Below are positions 1-11,071 of a DNA stretch of 64,000 nucleotides, one piece after another; positions within the stretch are counted from its first letter, which is position 1; every line of letters begins with the position of its first letter. The notes beneath the pieces were generated by a model. That model was given only the letters and a program-made list of their open reading frames with translations, had not been told where the DNA came from and made no database searches. The stretch is taken from assembly GCA_020054095.1 (NCBI GenBank), contig JAGVMA010000063.1:1397-65396 (forward strand). The letters run 5' to 3'. The DNA is from Bacteroidia bacterium. Its GTDB lineage: Bacteria > Bacteroidota > Bacteroidia > JADZBD01. A program made the position numbers and the translations under genes.

Positions 1-20
1 TACAAAGTAAGCAAGAATAT

Positions 21-674
21 TTAAGCTACCGGAGTGGTATCGTCCACTAAAAACACAAATATTTCTTTGGGGCCATGTGCGCCTTGCACTAGTGTTTTTT
101 CGATATCGGCTGTACGGCTAGGGCCCGTGATGCACGAAATAAGCGATGGCATTTGCCCATTGTATTTTTCGCTGATTTGTTTCAGCGCATCCTTATGCGT
201 CATTACCAATTGCGAAGTGTAAACAAGCACTACATGGTAATTAGGAAAAACGGGCAACCTCCTGCCCGATGGCTGGCGCGAGGTAATAAAAATACTGCCG
301 GTGCGAGCCACCGCACTTTCACAGAGTGTAACGCCCACATCTAATTTCGAGAAATCTGTTTCATTATCCGTAAACGGGATATTAGCTTCTGATAATAATC
401 GTTTTAATTTGGGTTCCATGGCAAATACAAGCCCGAAATTATTTTCTTTAATAAGCGCATCTAATCCAAGTGCAAATTCTTTTTCTTTTTCGCAAAACAA
501 AAATTTACCATTAAGCTTTGTAAATTTTTGTGCAAATAAAATCTCCATCGGTTCGTCCGGAATATTATAAATACTGGTTTCCCAATCTAAATCGGGTTGC
601 TCTTGTGTGGTTTTATGAATTAGCGCCTGACGTACTTTTTTTAAAATTTTTTCGCGCGAAGTAGTATCACTCAT
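21..674 (-). CDS. LUD-domain protein (LutC/YkgG family)
   Basis: C-terminal ITGPSRTADIEKTLVQGAHGP signature; last gene of the rsfS-ftsH unit. Confidence 0.85.
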   Translation of the reverse strand: MSDTTSREKILKKVRQALIHKTTQEQPDLDWETSIYNIPDEPMEILFAQKFTKLNGKFLFCEKEKEFALGLDALIKENNFGLVFAMEPKLKRLLSEANIPFTDNETDFSKLDVGVTLCESAVARTGSIFITSRQPSGRRLPVFPNYHVVLVYTSQLVMTHKDALKQISEKYNGQMPSLISCITGPSRTADIEKTLVQGAHGPKEIFVFLVDDTTPVA

Positions 675-681
675 TACTAAG

Positions 682-2748
682 TTAAGTAAGCTTTGTTATT
701 ATTGGGCCTTCGTTCTTTTGCTCTTCTTCCTGCTTGGTGGTAGTTTCCTCTTTTGTTTGCTCAACACCATTTTTATGCTCGGCTTCATTAAAGCTGTTAA
801 ACTTTGCTTGTTCTGGTCTTTCAAATGGGCGGATACCAAAAATCTCTTCCAAATCTTCCTTAAAAATTACTTCCTTTTCTAAAAGTTTATTGGCAAGAAC
901 TGAAAGCTTTTCTTTGTTTTCAGAAAGTATTTTTTTAGTTCGCTCGTATGCATTATCAATCATTTTCTTTACTTCTTCATCTATCGCTTCGGCCGTTTTT
1001 TCGCTGTAAGGTTTATTAAATGCGTATTCATTTTGGCCTGATGAATCGTAAAAGCTAATGTTACCTATGCGCTCATTCAATCCGTAAATAGTTATCATGG
1101 CATAAGCTTGCTTGGTAATTTTTTCCAAATCGCTTAATGCGCCTGTAGAAACTTTTCCGAAAACTATTTCTTCTGCTGCGCGTCCGCCTAATGCTGCACA
1201 CATTTCATCAAACAACTGGTCGGCAGTGGTAATTTGTCTTTCTTCGGGCAAATACCATGCTGCGCCTAATGAGCGCCCACGCGGAATAATAGTAACTTTT
1301 ACAAGCGGACTTGCATGCTCAAGCAACCAACTCACAGTAGCGTGTCCGGCTTCGTGGTATGCAATTACTTTTTTCTCCTGAACAGAAATTACTTTGTTCT
1401 TTTTTTCTAAACCTCCAATAACACGGTCAACTGCATCTAAAAAATCTTGACGACCAACTACTTTTTTGTCTTTTCGGGCGGCAATTAAAGCTGCTTCGTT
1501 ACAAATATTTGCAATATCAGCACCCGAAAAGCCGGGGGTTTGTTTCGCCAAAAAATCAATATCTACCGTGTTATCAATTTTTAATGGTTTTAAGTGAACT
1601 TTAAAAATTTCTTTACGCTCGTTCACATCTGGCATGTCCACATATATTTGCCTATCGAAACGGCCGGCACGTAACAGCGCTCTGTCTAAAATATCGGCAC
1701 GGTTTGTTGCTGCTAAAATAATTACACCACTATTAGTCCCAAAACCGTCCATTTCGGTGAGCAATTGGTTAAGCGTGTTTTCGCGCTCATCATTTGCTCC
1801 ATGCGATACACTTTTACCGCGTGCTCGTCCTATGGCGTCTATCTCATCAATAAAAATAATACAAGGTGATTTTTCTTTCGCTTGACGGAACAAATCGCGA
1901 ACGCGCGATGCACCCACACCAACAAACATTTCAACAAAATCAGAACCTGAAAGTGAAAAGAATGGAACCTTTGCTTCACCGGCAACTGCTTTTGCCAATA
2001 GAGTTTTACCAGTTCCGGGAGGGCCAACCAACAATGCGCCTTTCGGGATTTTTGCACCTAACTCGGTGTATTTTTTAGGATTTTTCAGGAAGTCAACAAT
2101 TTCTTTAATCTCAATTTTTGCTCCTTCTAATCCGGCTACATCGTTAAAAGTAATTTGCACATTATTTTCTTTTTCAAAAAGAGTAGCTTTTGATTTACCG
2201 ATGTTAAATATCTGTCCGGGTCCACCGCTTCCGCCACTCATTCTGCGCATAATAAATACCCAAATTAAAATCATTACTACCAAAGGTATAATCCAACTCA
2301 ACTGCTCGCCCCAGCTTGTGCGCTCTATGCTTGTGGCTTCCACACGCTCTTGCTCAGGTATTTCTTTTTGTATATCGTTTAGTTTAGTGATGAACGATGT
2401 TACATCTGGAAACTTGTAAACGTATTGCGGATCGGCTTTGCTGAATTGCTGCTTGGCAATTTGCTCGTATTTTTTTTCTTTTAATTTCTCGGCTTTAATA
2501 TAAACTTCGGCATAGGTTTTATTTACAATTTCTATGCGTTGCACATCCATGTTACGCACCATTTCGGCAAATTGCTTTGCATCAATCTCTTGCGAACCAC
2601 CGCCAATTTTCACAAAGTTCAATGCTATCAGCGCAATGATGATGATGGCATAGATCCAATAAAAGTTAAACGAATTTTTCGGCATTTGCGGCTTCTTAGG
2701 CATCCTGTCCTTCAATCCACGTTTTTCATTATTTTGTTGTTCACTCAT
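682..2748 (-). CDS. ftsH: ATP-dependent zinc metalloprotease FtsH
   Basis: Two TM helices, Walker A GPPGTGKT, Walker [17 protein letters not shown] zinc motif. Confidence 0.98.
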   Translation of the reverse strand: MSEQQNNEKRGLKDRMPKKPQMPKNSFNFYWIYAIIIIALIALNFVKIGGGSQEIDAKQFAEMVRNMDVQRIEIVNKTYAEVYIKAEKLKEKKYEQIAKQQFSKADPQYVYKFPDVTSFITKLNDIQKEIPEQERVEATSIERTSWGEQLSWIIPLVVMILIWVFIMRRMSGGSGGPGQIFNIGKSKATLFEKENNVQITFNDVAGLEGAKIEIKEIVDFLKNPKKYTELGAKIPKGALLVGPPGTGKTLLAKAVAGEAKVPFFSLSGSDFVEMFVGVGASRVRDLFRQAKEKSPCIIFIDEIDAIGRARGKSVSHGANDERENTLNQLLTEMDGFGTNSGVIILAATNRADILDRALLRAGRFDRQIYVDMPDVNERKEIFKVHLKPLKIDNTVDIDFLAKQTPGFSGADIANICNEAALIAARKDKKVVGRQDFLDAVDRVIGGLEKKNKVISVQEKKVIAYHEAGHATVSWLLEHASPLVKVTIIPRGRSLGAAWYLPEERQITTADQLFDEMCAALGGRAAEEIVFGKVSTGALSDLEKITKQAYAMITIYGLNERIGNISFYDSSGQNEYAFNKPYSEKTAEAIDEEVKKMIDNAYERTKKILSENKEKLSVLANKLLEKEVIFKEDLEEIFGIRPFERPEQAKFNSFNEAEHKNGVEQTKEETTTKQEEEQKNEGPIITKLT

Positions 2749-2774
2749 TTTGTTAATCCTTCTAAATAATTTTG

Positions 2775-3146
2775 TTAAGCAACTTTCTTAATTTCTGCAT
2801 CAGCCCACAGCGCTTCTAAATTGTAAAACTCGCGCACTTCTTTCTGGAAAACATGAACCACCACGTTAAAGTAATCTATCAAAATCCATTCGGCAACTTG
2901 TTTACCCTCGCTGTGCCAAGGTTTTTCACCTGTTTCTTTCTTCACCATCTCTTCTACTGATTGAGTTATTGCCTCAATTTGCACATTTGAATCGCCTTCG
3001 CAGATGATAAAAAAATCGGCCACCGCACTTTGAATTTCTCGTAAATCAAGGCAAACAATGTTTTTCCCTTTTTTTTCTTGAATTCCTTTTATAACTGCAT
3101 CGGCAATTTTTTGCGATGATTCTTTCTTTTTTTTCTTTTTTGCCAT
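2775..3146 (-). CDS. rsfS: Ribosome silencing factor RsfS (Iojap)
   Basis: EKKGKNIVCLDL, WILIDYFNVVVHVF, FYNLEALW motifs; ATG at 3146 preferred over TTG at 3149. Confidence 0.95.
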   Translation of the reverse strand: MAKKKKKKESSQKIADAVIKGIQEKKGKNIVCLDLREIQSAVADFFIICEGDSNVQIEAITQSVEEMVKKETGEKPWHSEGKQVAEWILIDYFNVVVHVFQKEVREFYNLEALWADAEIKKVA

Positions 3147-3219
3147 CAAGTATTTTTACAATTTTGTGCCTGCTCACAGTTATTTGACGAACGAGGCAAC
3201 TACATATTTTATATAGTTG

Positions 3220-3227
3220 CAAAGTTA
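3220..3227 (-). promoter_or_regulatory. Bacteroidota sigma70 -7 element (TAACTTTG) for rsfS-ftsH-LUD
   Basis: Exact TAnnTTTG match about 75 nt upstream of the rsfS ATG. Confidence 0.65.
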
Positions 3228-3247
3228 ATGAAATAATTGCTTTAAAT

Positions 3248-4009
3248 ATGGCGCTGAAAACATTATTTACAGGACAAAATTTGCTTTGGATGGACGAGGT
3301 GGACTCCACCAATTCTGTCCTTATGGGACTTGCAAAAAACGAAAAATTAGCACATGGCAGTGTGGTTTGCTCCTATAACCAAACTGCAGGGCGTGGACAG
3401 CGAGGCAACTCCTGGCAAAGTGAACCGAATAAAAATATTACTGCCAGCGTTTATTATCAGCTTGGTGCATTGCCGGTTGCCAATGCATTTGTACTCAATA
3501 AAATAGTATCGCTCGCTGTGGCGGATACACTAAAAACAATAATGCCTAATCAATCAGTAAAAATAAAATGGCCTAATGATATTTTTGTTGACAACAAAAA
3601 AATAGCAGGAATATTAATTGAAAACACTTTGAAGCAAGATGCTATTGCTTATACTATAATTGGCGTGGGAATAAATATTAATCAGGAAAAATTTGATGTG
3701 CCAACTGCTGTTTCGGTTAAAAATATTTTAGGAATTGATTACGATTTAAACAGTGCATTAAATATATTTTTAGAAAACCTTGAAGCACTGTACTTGCAGC
3801 TAAGAAGTGCAAAAACAGGTGAGCTAAACAAAGGATATTTTGCATCGCTTTACAAACTAAGTGAGCTGCAAAAATTTCAGCAGGCAGATAATACATTTGA
3901 AGCTACAATTGAAGGAGTGAACGAACATGGAAAATTAATACTGAAAAAAAAAAATGGAACAGCCGAAACATATAATTTCAAAGAGATAAAATGGATTCAT
4001 GAAAATTAA
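3248..4009 (+). CDS. birA: Biotin--acetyl-CoA-carboxylase ligase (no N-terminal HTH)
   Basis: DSTN, QTAGRGQRG, KWPNDI, KKIAGILIE motifs. Confidence 0.95.
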   Translation: MALKTLFTGQNLLWMDEVDSTNSVLMGLAKNEKLAHGSVVCSYNQTAGRGQRGNSWQSEPNKNITASVYYQLGALPVANAFVLNKIVSLAVADTLKTIMPNQSVKIKWPNDIFVDNKKIAGILIENTLKQDAIAYTIIGVGININQEKFDVPTAVSVKNILGIDYDLNSALNIFLENLEALYLQLRSAKTGELNKGYFASLYKLSELQKFQQADNTFEATIEGVNEHGKLILKKKNGTAETYNFKEIKWIHEN

Positions 4010-5720
4010 GCCTATTGCATTATTTCTTTTTATTTCACTTCAAATATTTGGACAAAATTACCCGACCAATTTTTTCAGGATGCCGGTGGATACGCTTGTT
4101 TCCCTATCGGGAAATTTTGGCGAAATACGTTACGATCATTTTCATTACGGCTGGGATATTCGCACAGGCGGAAAAGAAGGTATGAAAATAGTAGCTGCGG
4201 CCGATGGTTATGTTTCGCGTATAAAAACCGGAACTTATGGCTACGGAAAAGTAATTTATGTTACACATGCCAATGGCTATGTTACTGTGTATGCTCACTT
4301 AAGCGCCTTTAATGATTCAATAGGATTTTATGTGAAAAATGAACAATATAAATTGCAATCGTATGAAACAGAGCTGTTCCCTAAAGTGGGAGAATTGAAA
4401 GTAAAAAAAGGAGAATTTATTGCGCTATCAGGCAACACCGGCTCATCTGAAGCGCCACACTTGCATTTTGAAATTCGTGACGAAAAAACTGAAGAGATAA
4501 TTAACCCTTATTTTTTCGGGCTTGATATACCCGATACGGTTAAGCCGTTTTTTAAAACATTGGCAGTTTATCCTTTACTGGAAGGTGTTGTAAACGGGAC
4601 TACCAATCAACCCACATATATTGAGTTACAAAAAAAAAACGGCAAATATGTTTTTAAGAATAAAGACTCAGTTGTAGTTACCGGAAATTTTGGATTAGGA
4701 ATTGAAGTTTACGATTTAGAAAACAAAACACCAGGACAAAACCAAATTTACTCACTTGAATTAGAGTTAAACGGAAAAATTGTTTACACTTTTGAGTTAA
4801 AACGATTTGCGTTTGACCAAACTCGTTATGTTAATTGCCATATAGATTACAAAGCCCAGCGAAAAGACAAGAAAGGAATACAGCGCACTCATATAATTGA
4901 TGGAAATAAATTTCCGGGTTATAGCACAACAGAAAATAATGGAATGTTAAACTTAAGCAACGATAGCATACACCGTGTACGATTTATTGCAAAAGATTTC
5001 TACGGCAACACAAGTGTTTTCACATTCTATATTCAATCAAAAAGAAATCAGGCAGCCGAAAACCGGATGCTTCAGGAAGAAGGGGGACTAAATAAATACC
5101 AAATAAACTATAAAGATTCTTTTGCACTTAATGGTGATTATTTAAAACTATTCGTTCCAAAAAATACATTTTATAGTTCCTTTACTTTAGAAGTGAGTAA
5201 ATTTCTCAGCATTAAACAAACCTATAGCATACCATTTGTTCTAAGAGATTATTATGTTCCGCTTCATAAATACATTACTATATCATTAAAAAATACTGTA
5301 CAAGTAGCCGATTCTCTAAAGAAAAAACTGACGATTGTTTCGGTTAACAACAATGGTGGTTTTGTAAATGAGGGCGGAGAGTATAATGATAATTGGGTAA
5401 CCACTAAAACGAGAAGCATGGGCTTATACACAATAGCAATGGACTCTACTGCCCCAAAAATTAAAATCCCCATTTTGCCAAAATCAAAAAACATAAATAC
5501 TTTACAAGCGATTGAAATAAAAGTGAGCGATAATTTAACAGGGATAAAAGAATACAGCGCTTATATAGATGGCGAATGGATACTGATGGAATACGAACAC
5601 AAGAAAAATACATTCATCATAATAAATGGTGATTTACCAAAAGGCAAGCACACTATAACCATTAATGCCATGGATGGAAAAGAAAACAAAAGCAGCATTA
5701 GTTTTGAATATGTGAAATAG
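3999..5720 (+). CDS. M23 family metallopeptidase with long C-terminal extension
   Basis: Signal peptide; HxxxD (HYGWD), YAHL and PHLHFE motifs; overlaps the birA stop. Confidence 0.85.
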   Translation: MKIKPIALFLFISLQIFGQNYPTNFFRMPVDTLVSLSGNFGEIRYDHFHYGWDIRTGGKEGMKIVAAADGYVSRIKTGTYGYGKVIYVTHANGYVTVYAHLSAFNDSIGFYVKNEQYKLQSYETELFPKVGELKVKKGEFIALSGNTGSSEAPHLHFEIRDEKTEEIINPYFFGLDIPDTVKPFFKTLAVYPLLEGVVNGTTNQPTYIELQKKNGKYVFKNKDSVVVTGNFGLGIEVYDLENKTPGQNQIYSLELELNGKIVYTFELKRFAFDQTRYVNCHIDYKAQRKDKKGIQRTHIIDGNKFPGYSTTENNGMLNLSNDSIHRVRFIAKDFYGNTSVFTFYIQSKRNQAAENRMLQEEGGLNKYQINYKDSFALNGDYLKLFVPKNTFYSSFTLEVSKFLSIKQTYSIPFVLRDYYVPLHKYITISLKNTVQVADSLKKKLTIVSVNNNGGFVNEGGEYNDNWVTTKTRSMGLYTIAMDSTAPKIKIPILPKSKNINTLQAIEIKVSDNLTGIKEYSAYIDGEWILMEYEHKKNTFIIINGDLPKGKHTITINAMDGKENKSSISFEYVK

Positions 5721-5730
5721 AATCTTATTC

Positions 5731-5738
5731 TATATTTG
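5731..5738 (+). promoter_or_regulatory. -7 promoter element TATATTTG
   Basis: TAnnTTTG match 24 nt before the ATG at 5763. Confidence 0.55.
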
Positions 5739-5762
5739 TTCAAATTTTTATAAGAAAATAAC

Positions 5763-6653
5763 ATGAAAAATATTTCAGTAATAGGCAGCGGAACAATGGG
5801 CAATGGCATAGCACACGTATTTGCGCAATGTGGTTACAATGTATCGCTTATAGATGTGCGCGAGGAAGCGCTTAAAAATGCGTTAGATACAATTGCTAAA
5901 AACGTAGACCGACAAATTGCAAAAGGTGCATTAAAAGAAGAAGATAAAACCAAAACACTTGGCAACATAAAAACATTTACAAAAATTGCCGATGGCGTAA
6001 AAGCAGCAGATTTAGTAGTCGAAGCTGCTACCGAAAACGTAGAACTTAAGCTTAATATTTTTCGTGAATTAGATGCAGCTGCACCTGCAAATTGTATTTT
6101 ATCATCAAATACATCTTCTATTTCAATAACAAAAATTGCTGCGGTTACTAAACGTGCCGATAAAGTAATAGGCATGCATTTTATGAATCCGGTTCCGGTA
6201 ATGAAATTAGTGGAAGTAATACGCGGCTATTCTACTTCCGATGAAGTAACGCAATTAGTTATGCATACATCAAAAGCGCTGGGTAAAATCCCTGTTGAGG
6301 TAAATGACTACCCTGGTTTTGTTGCCAATAAAATTTTAATGCCGATGATTAACGAGGCAATTATTACTCTACACGAAGGTACTGCGGGAGTTGAAGAAAT
6401 AGATACTGTTATGAAATTAGGTATGGCACACCCGATGGGACCTTTGCAACTTGCCGATTTTATTGGCTTAGATGTATGCCTTGCAATTTTAAGAGTGTTA
6501 CAAGATGGTTATGGTAATCCCAAATATGCTCCGTGCCCATTACTTGTTAATATGGTTATGGCAGGGCATTTAGGTGCAAAAACCGGAAAAGGATTTTATC
6601 AATATACTGCCGGAAGTAAAGATTTAGTAGTGGCTGATAGATTCAAAAAATGA
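5763..6653 (+). CDS. hbd: 3-hydroxybutyryl-CoA dehydrogenase
   Basis: GSGTMG Rossmann motif, SNTSS, GMHFMNP, HPMGPL. Confidence 0.93.
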   Translation: MKNISVIGSGTMGNGIAHVFAQCGYNVSLIDVREEALKNALDTIAKNVDRQIAKGALKEEDKTKTLGNIKTFTKIADGVKAADLVVEAATENVELKLNIFRELDAAAPANCILSSNTSSISITKIAAVTKRADKVIGMHFMNPVPVMKLVEVIRGYSTSDEVTQLVMHTSKALGKIPVEVNDYPGFVANKILMPMINEAIITLHEGTAGVEEIDTVMKLGMAHPMGPLQLADFIGLDVCLAILRVLQDGYGNPKYAPCPLLVNMVMAGHLGAKTGKGFYQYTAGSKDLVVADRFKK

Positions 6654-6662
6654 ATTTATACC

Positions 6663-7793
6663 CTAAGCCTGCTTTAAAGTTTCTGCATACAATTTTTCAT
6701 AAAGCGGTAGAACTTCGCCTAAATCATATTTTTTTGCTTGTTCATACGCTTGTTCTTTAAATTTATATAGCGTAGCGTCATCATTTAATATCTTTAAGGC
6801 GTTATTCGCCATGTCATCCACATCGCCCACATTACTAGTATAACCTGTAATTCCGTTTATATTAACTTCGGGCAAGCCACCGGTATTAGTTGATATTACA
6901 GGCACTTTACAAGCCATTGCTTCTAACGCTGCTAAGCCAAAACTTTCTGTTTCTGATGGCAATAGAAACAAATCGGCTACACAAAGCAATGGCGTAGGGT
7001 CGGTAATTTTTCCCATCGAACGAATATCGTTACAGGTATCCAACTCTCGACAAAGTTTTTCGATATTAGCTCGCTCTGGTCCATCGCCAACTAAAATTAA
7101 TTTAGAAGAATATTTTTTTCTCACCTTCTCAAACACTCGTAATACATCATCAATTCGTTTTACTTTTCTGAAATTAGAAACGTGAATTAGAATGCGCTCG
7201 CCATAAGGCGCAAATTGTTTTTTATCGCATTCTGACTTTGATTGCTGAATATAATCATCCACACAAATAAAATTCGGAATAACATGAATTGGTTTTTCTA
7301 TTTTAAAATATTTCAAAGTATCCTGTTTCAAACTATCTGAAACTGCCGTTACGGCATCACTCTGATTTATGGCAAACGTAATAACGGGCTCAAAAGATGG
7401 ATCTTTGCCGAGTAATGTAATATCGGTGCCGTGCAGCGTGGTAATAACAGGAATATTAATTCCCTCTTTTGCTAAAATTTGTTTTGCCATATATGCAGCA
7501 CTCGCATGCGGAATTGCATAATGCACATGAAGCAAATCTAATTTTTCGTACTTAACCACATCTACTAATTTGCTTGACAAAACTAGCTCGTAAGGCTGGT
7601 AATCAAACAAAGGATAATCGCTCACTGAAACTTCGTGGTAAAAAATATTGCCCGATATAAAATCTAAACGTACAGGCTGACTGTAAGTTATAAAATGTAC
7701 TTGATGGCCTTTAAGTGCCAATGCTTTTCCTAATTCGGTGGCCACCACTCCGCTTCCACCAAAAGTGGGATAACACACAATTCCAATTTTCAT
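6663..7793 (-). CDS. bshA: N-acetyl-alpha-D-glucosaminyl L-malate synthase (GT4, bacillithiol biosynthesis)
   Basis: MKIGIVCYPTFGGSGVVATELG N-terminus, HVHYAIPHA, TTLHGTD, ESFGLAALEAM. Confidence 0.95.
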   Translation of the reverse strand: MKIGIVCYPTFGGSGVVATELGKALALKGHQVHFITYSQPVRLDFISGNIFYHEVSVSDYPLFDYQPYELVLSSKLVDVVKYEKLDLLHVHYAIPHASAAYMAKQILAKEGINIPVITTLHGTDITLLGKDPSFEPVITFAINQSDAVTAVSDSLKQDTLKYFKIEKPIHVIPNFICVDDYIQQSKSECDKKQFAPYGERILIHVSNFRKVKRIDDVLRVFEKVRKKYSSKLILVGDGPERANIEKLCRELDTCNDIRSMGKITDPTPLLCVADLFLLPSETESFGLAALEAMACKVPVISTNTGGLPEVNINGITGYTSNVGDVDDMANNALKILNDDATLYKFKEQAYEQAKKYDLGEVLPLYEKLYAETLKQA

Positions 7794-7840
7794 TTTTAAA
7801 ATATTAAAATTTTATCTGCATCATGCAGAATATAAAATTA

Positions 7841-10776
7841 CTATTTAATTGCATCGTAAATTATCTCCTGAATTTTTGTGCGAATCCCCATTTTAGAAAG
7901 TTTATTAATATCAGCATCGGGGTAAACTCTGTTGGAAAGAAAAATGTAAACTAATTTTTTTTCGGGATCAACCCAAGTAATTGTTCCGGTGAAACCGGTG
8001 TGTCCATAACTCATGTATGATACACAGCTGCAAACTGGGCTGTCTTTTTCCGGATTTATTTCTGGTTTGTCGAAGCCCAACGCTCTGCGATTATCTTGGC
8101 AAAATTGGCACTTTGTAAATTCGTTTACAACCGCTGAATCGAGGTAACGAACACCGCCATATTCGCCATTTTGCAAATACATTTGCATCAGTATTGCCAA
8201 ATCATTTGCATTGCTAAATAATCCGGCATGGCCTGCTACGCCACCCATCATTGCCGCTCCTTGGTCGTGCACATATCCTTTCACTAATTGTTTTCTGAAT
8301 TTTACGTCATATTCAGTAGGCACAATTCTATTCTTATCAAATTTTTTAAGCGGATTGTACGTGAGTGTGGATGCGCCAAGTGGTGCATAAAAACTAACAT
8401 TCAGGTAATCATCTAAAAACCTATCGGTTTGCTGTTCTACAATTTGCTTAATAAAATAGTAACCCAAATCGCTGTACTTGTATTTCCCTGCATCTTTAAT
8501 TTCGGAATTCACTATCCATTTATATATTGAATCGACATACAATTTATTCATAAACATTTTATCTGTTACCTGATAAGGATACTGTGTACTGTAAGCTGTA
8601 TCATAAACTCCTTTTTTATATTCGCCTTTACTTACGGTTTTCATCCAAAAGGGAATCCATTCTTTTAAACCTGCTTGATGTGTCATCATCTCGCGAAAAT
8701 TAATTTTACTCTTATTCGTTCCTTTTAAATAAGGCAAATAAATACTTAGTGAATCATCGAGTTTCACTTGTTTATCCTGCACCATTTTCATCATAGCTGC
8801 TGTTGAGCCGGCTATTTTTGTAATGGATGCAAGGTCGTACAAATCAGTATTCTTTACTTTTACTTTGTTTTCGTAGGTGTGGTAGCCAAATGATTTTTGG
8901 TAAATGACTTTACCATCTTTCGCAACTAAAATTTGACAACCGGGATATGCCTTGTCGTAAATTCCTTTCCACGCCACCGAATCAATTTTATTTAACTGCT
9001 CTGAATTTATTTTCAACTCCTCGGGCAAAGTGTATTTCAAACGAGTGGGCGCAATGGTATTAATGCCCGTGCCAATTTTAAAATAATTAGATGCTGTAAC
9101 GGGCAATTTCCCTTGTGATGAAATGCCGCCAAAAATTAGTTGGGCAGATAAGTCTTGATTATCGTCATACGATTCGTAAGACATAATAATTGCATCTGCC
9201 AAATGCACACTGTCCATTTTTGCCAATATGTAAGGATTGCCGAATACATCTACAATTGTTTTCTTTTTTCTGATTATTTCGTTCAATACTTTTTTTAACT
9301 TATCGGTGAACCCGAAATTTTTAGCAGGAGAATTATTGGTGTTGTTCACCTGAACTATAACCAAATTATATTTTTCTAATTTCTTGTACAGCGAGTCGCA
9401 CTGTGGTTGTTTACAATCTTTATCAAGTCCGTAACAATCTACCGATGTATAGTTATTTAAGCGTTGCTTAAAAACATTATCTTCGTCATAACCAAGCGAT
9501 ACAGCAGCAATCCGAAGCGTATCAAGTTTTTTAAGCGGAATTAAATCGTTGTTGTTTTTTAAAACAGTAATTGCGTACTCTACTAAATTTCTGTTCAATA
9601 ATTTTGCCTGCTGGTTATTTAAATCGGCAACTAAATTTTTAGTGCTTATTTTTTTTGTTGATTTAAACCGCACCAATATTTAGCCATCAGAATTTTTTTA
9701 CAGCGAATATCTATCTCTTGCTGCGCAATCAATCCACTATCAATTGCTTGTTTAATTTTTTGAATTCCTTCCGGAATATCATCCGGAAAAAGTAGCACAT
9801 CATTACCTGCGAGTAGCGCTTTCACGTTTATTTCGCCCGATGTGTAGTACTTGCTCACACCTTTCATATTTAAAGCATCGGTAAAAATTAAACCTTTAAA
9901 CTGAAGTTTATCTTTCAGTAAATCTGTAACCACTTTTTTTGACAAAGTACTTGCTGTTTCTTTTGTTGTATCCAATGCAGGTATTGACAAATGTGCTACC
10001 ATCATACTGCCCAACCCTTGGCTAATCATTGTTTTAAACGGAAATAACTCTAAACTATCTAATCGCTCAATTGGTGAATTGATGGTGGGTAATGTTTTGT
10101 GTGAGTCGCTATCAGTATCGCCATGACCGGGAAAATGCTTTGCATTAGCGAGTATAAAATTATCCTGCAATCCTTTCATATACATAATTGCTTTGCGAGT
10201 AACATTAATTTTATTTTCGCCAAACGAGCGATTGCCTATTACCGGATTGAGTGGATTGCTATTCACATCGGCCACAGGTGCAAAGTTTACATGAATACCC
10301 ATGCGCTTACAATGGCGTGCAATTTCTGCTCCCATCTGATAAATCAAACTATCATTTTGTATAGCTCCCAAAGTCATTTGGCGCGGAAAAGCAATAGTGC
10401 TATCAAGTCGCATGGCAAGGCCCCATTCGCCATCTATAGAAACCAACAGTGGTACTTTACTTAACGACTGATAATAATTAGTAAGTTTTGCTTGCCTCAA
10501 TGGGCCACCTTGAAAAAAAATAACACCTCCAATTTTATTTTCCTGTATTAGCTTTACCACATCTTTCGGCTTTTGCTTTTTTTCATCGCTGTAAGCTGCA
10601 ATCATAAAAAGTTGGGCAATGCGCTCTTCGGGCGATAGTTTTTTCATCACACTATCTGCCCAATGCGATGCTATGTCATTGATAAATGGTGGCGCAGCAT
10701 TTTCTGCTGTAATAACTGCCACAAATGATGTGGTAAATAAAAGAAAAACTAAATAAAATAAAAATCTATTTCTCAT
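7841..10776 (-). pseudogene. GH3 beta-N-acetylglucosaminidase / beta-lactamase-like serine hydrolase fusion, split by an apparent 1-nt deletion
   Basis: ORF 9646-10776 has a signal peptide plus KHFPGHGDTDSDSH and FTDAL (NagZ type). ORF 7841-9676 has the GH3 C-terminal part, SxxK (ASITK), YSD and HTGFTG. One extra A in the A8 run at 9649-9656 gives a continuous QQKKISTKNL. May be an assembly error. Confidence 0.8.
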
Positions 10777-10862
10777 TATTGCTGCACATAAAAATACTTT
10801 TAGCGTAAATGCAAAAAGCGTGCTGCTAAACTACTTTTCAACATATAGACTGTTAATGTAAA

Positions 10863-11066
10863 TTAGGTTTTAAACCAATTAAGGCATTGCATATACGCAT
10901 CGCGCATTCCTTCATACATGGCCTCACGACCAAAGTTACACGCCTGTTGCGACTCGTTAATTGTGTCTTTCGAATGGCTAATTTGGCTTTGGAGCCAATT
11001 CACAAAGCTTTCGATTTGCTCGGGAGTAAAGTTTTTCATGGGGATTTTGTTTTCGGGGTTTAACAT
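10863..11066 (-). CDS. Small hypothetical helical protein (67 aa; alternative start MKNFT)
   Basis: ATG 5 nt after the mltF stop on the same strand; fills the gap before the GH3 gene. Confidence 0.6.
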   Translation of the reverse strand: MLNPENKIPMKNFTPEQIESFVNWLQSQISHSKDTINESQQACNFGREAMYEGMRDAYMQCLNWFKT

Positions 11067-11071
11067 TTTTA

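Noticed and set aside
6663-7793. bshA outside Firmicutes as a novelty
   Set aside because: Bacillithiol-type biosynthesis genes are already known in Bacteroidota
7841-9100. Beta-lactamase-like domain as a resistance gene
   Set aside because: It is the C-terminal module of a GH3 fusion, more consistent with cell-wall recycling
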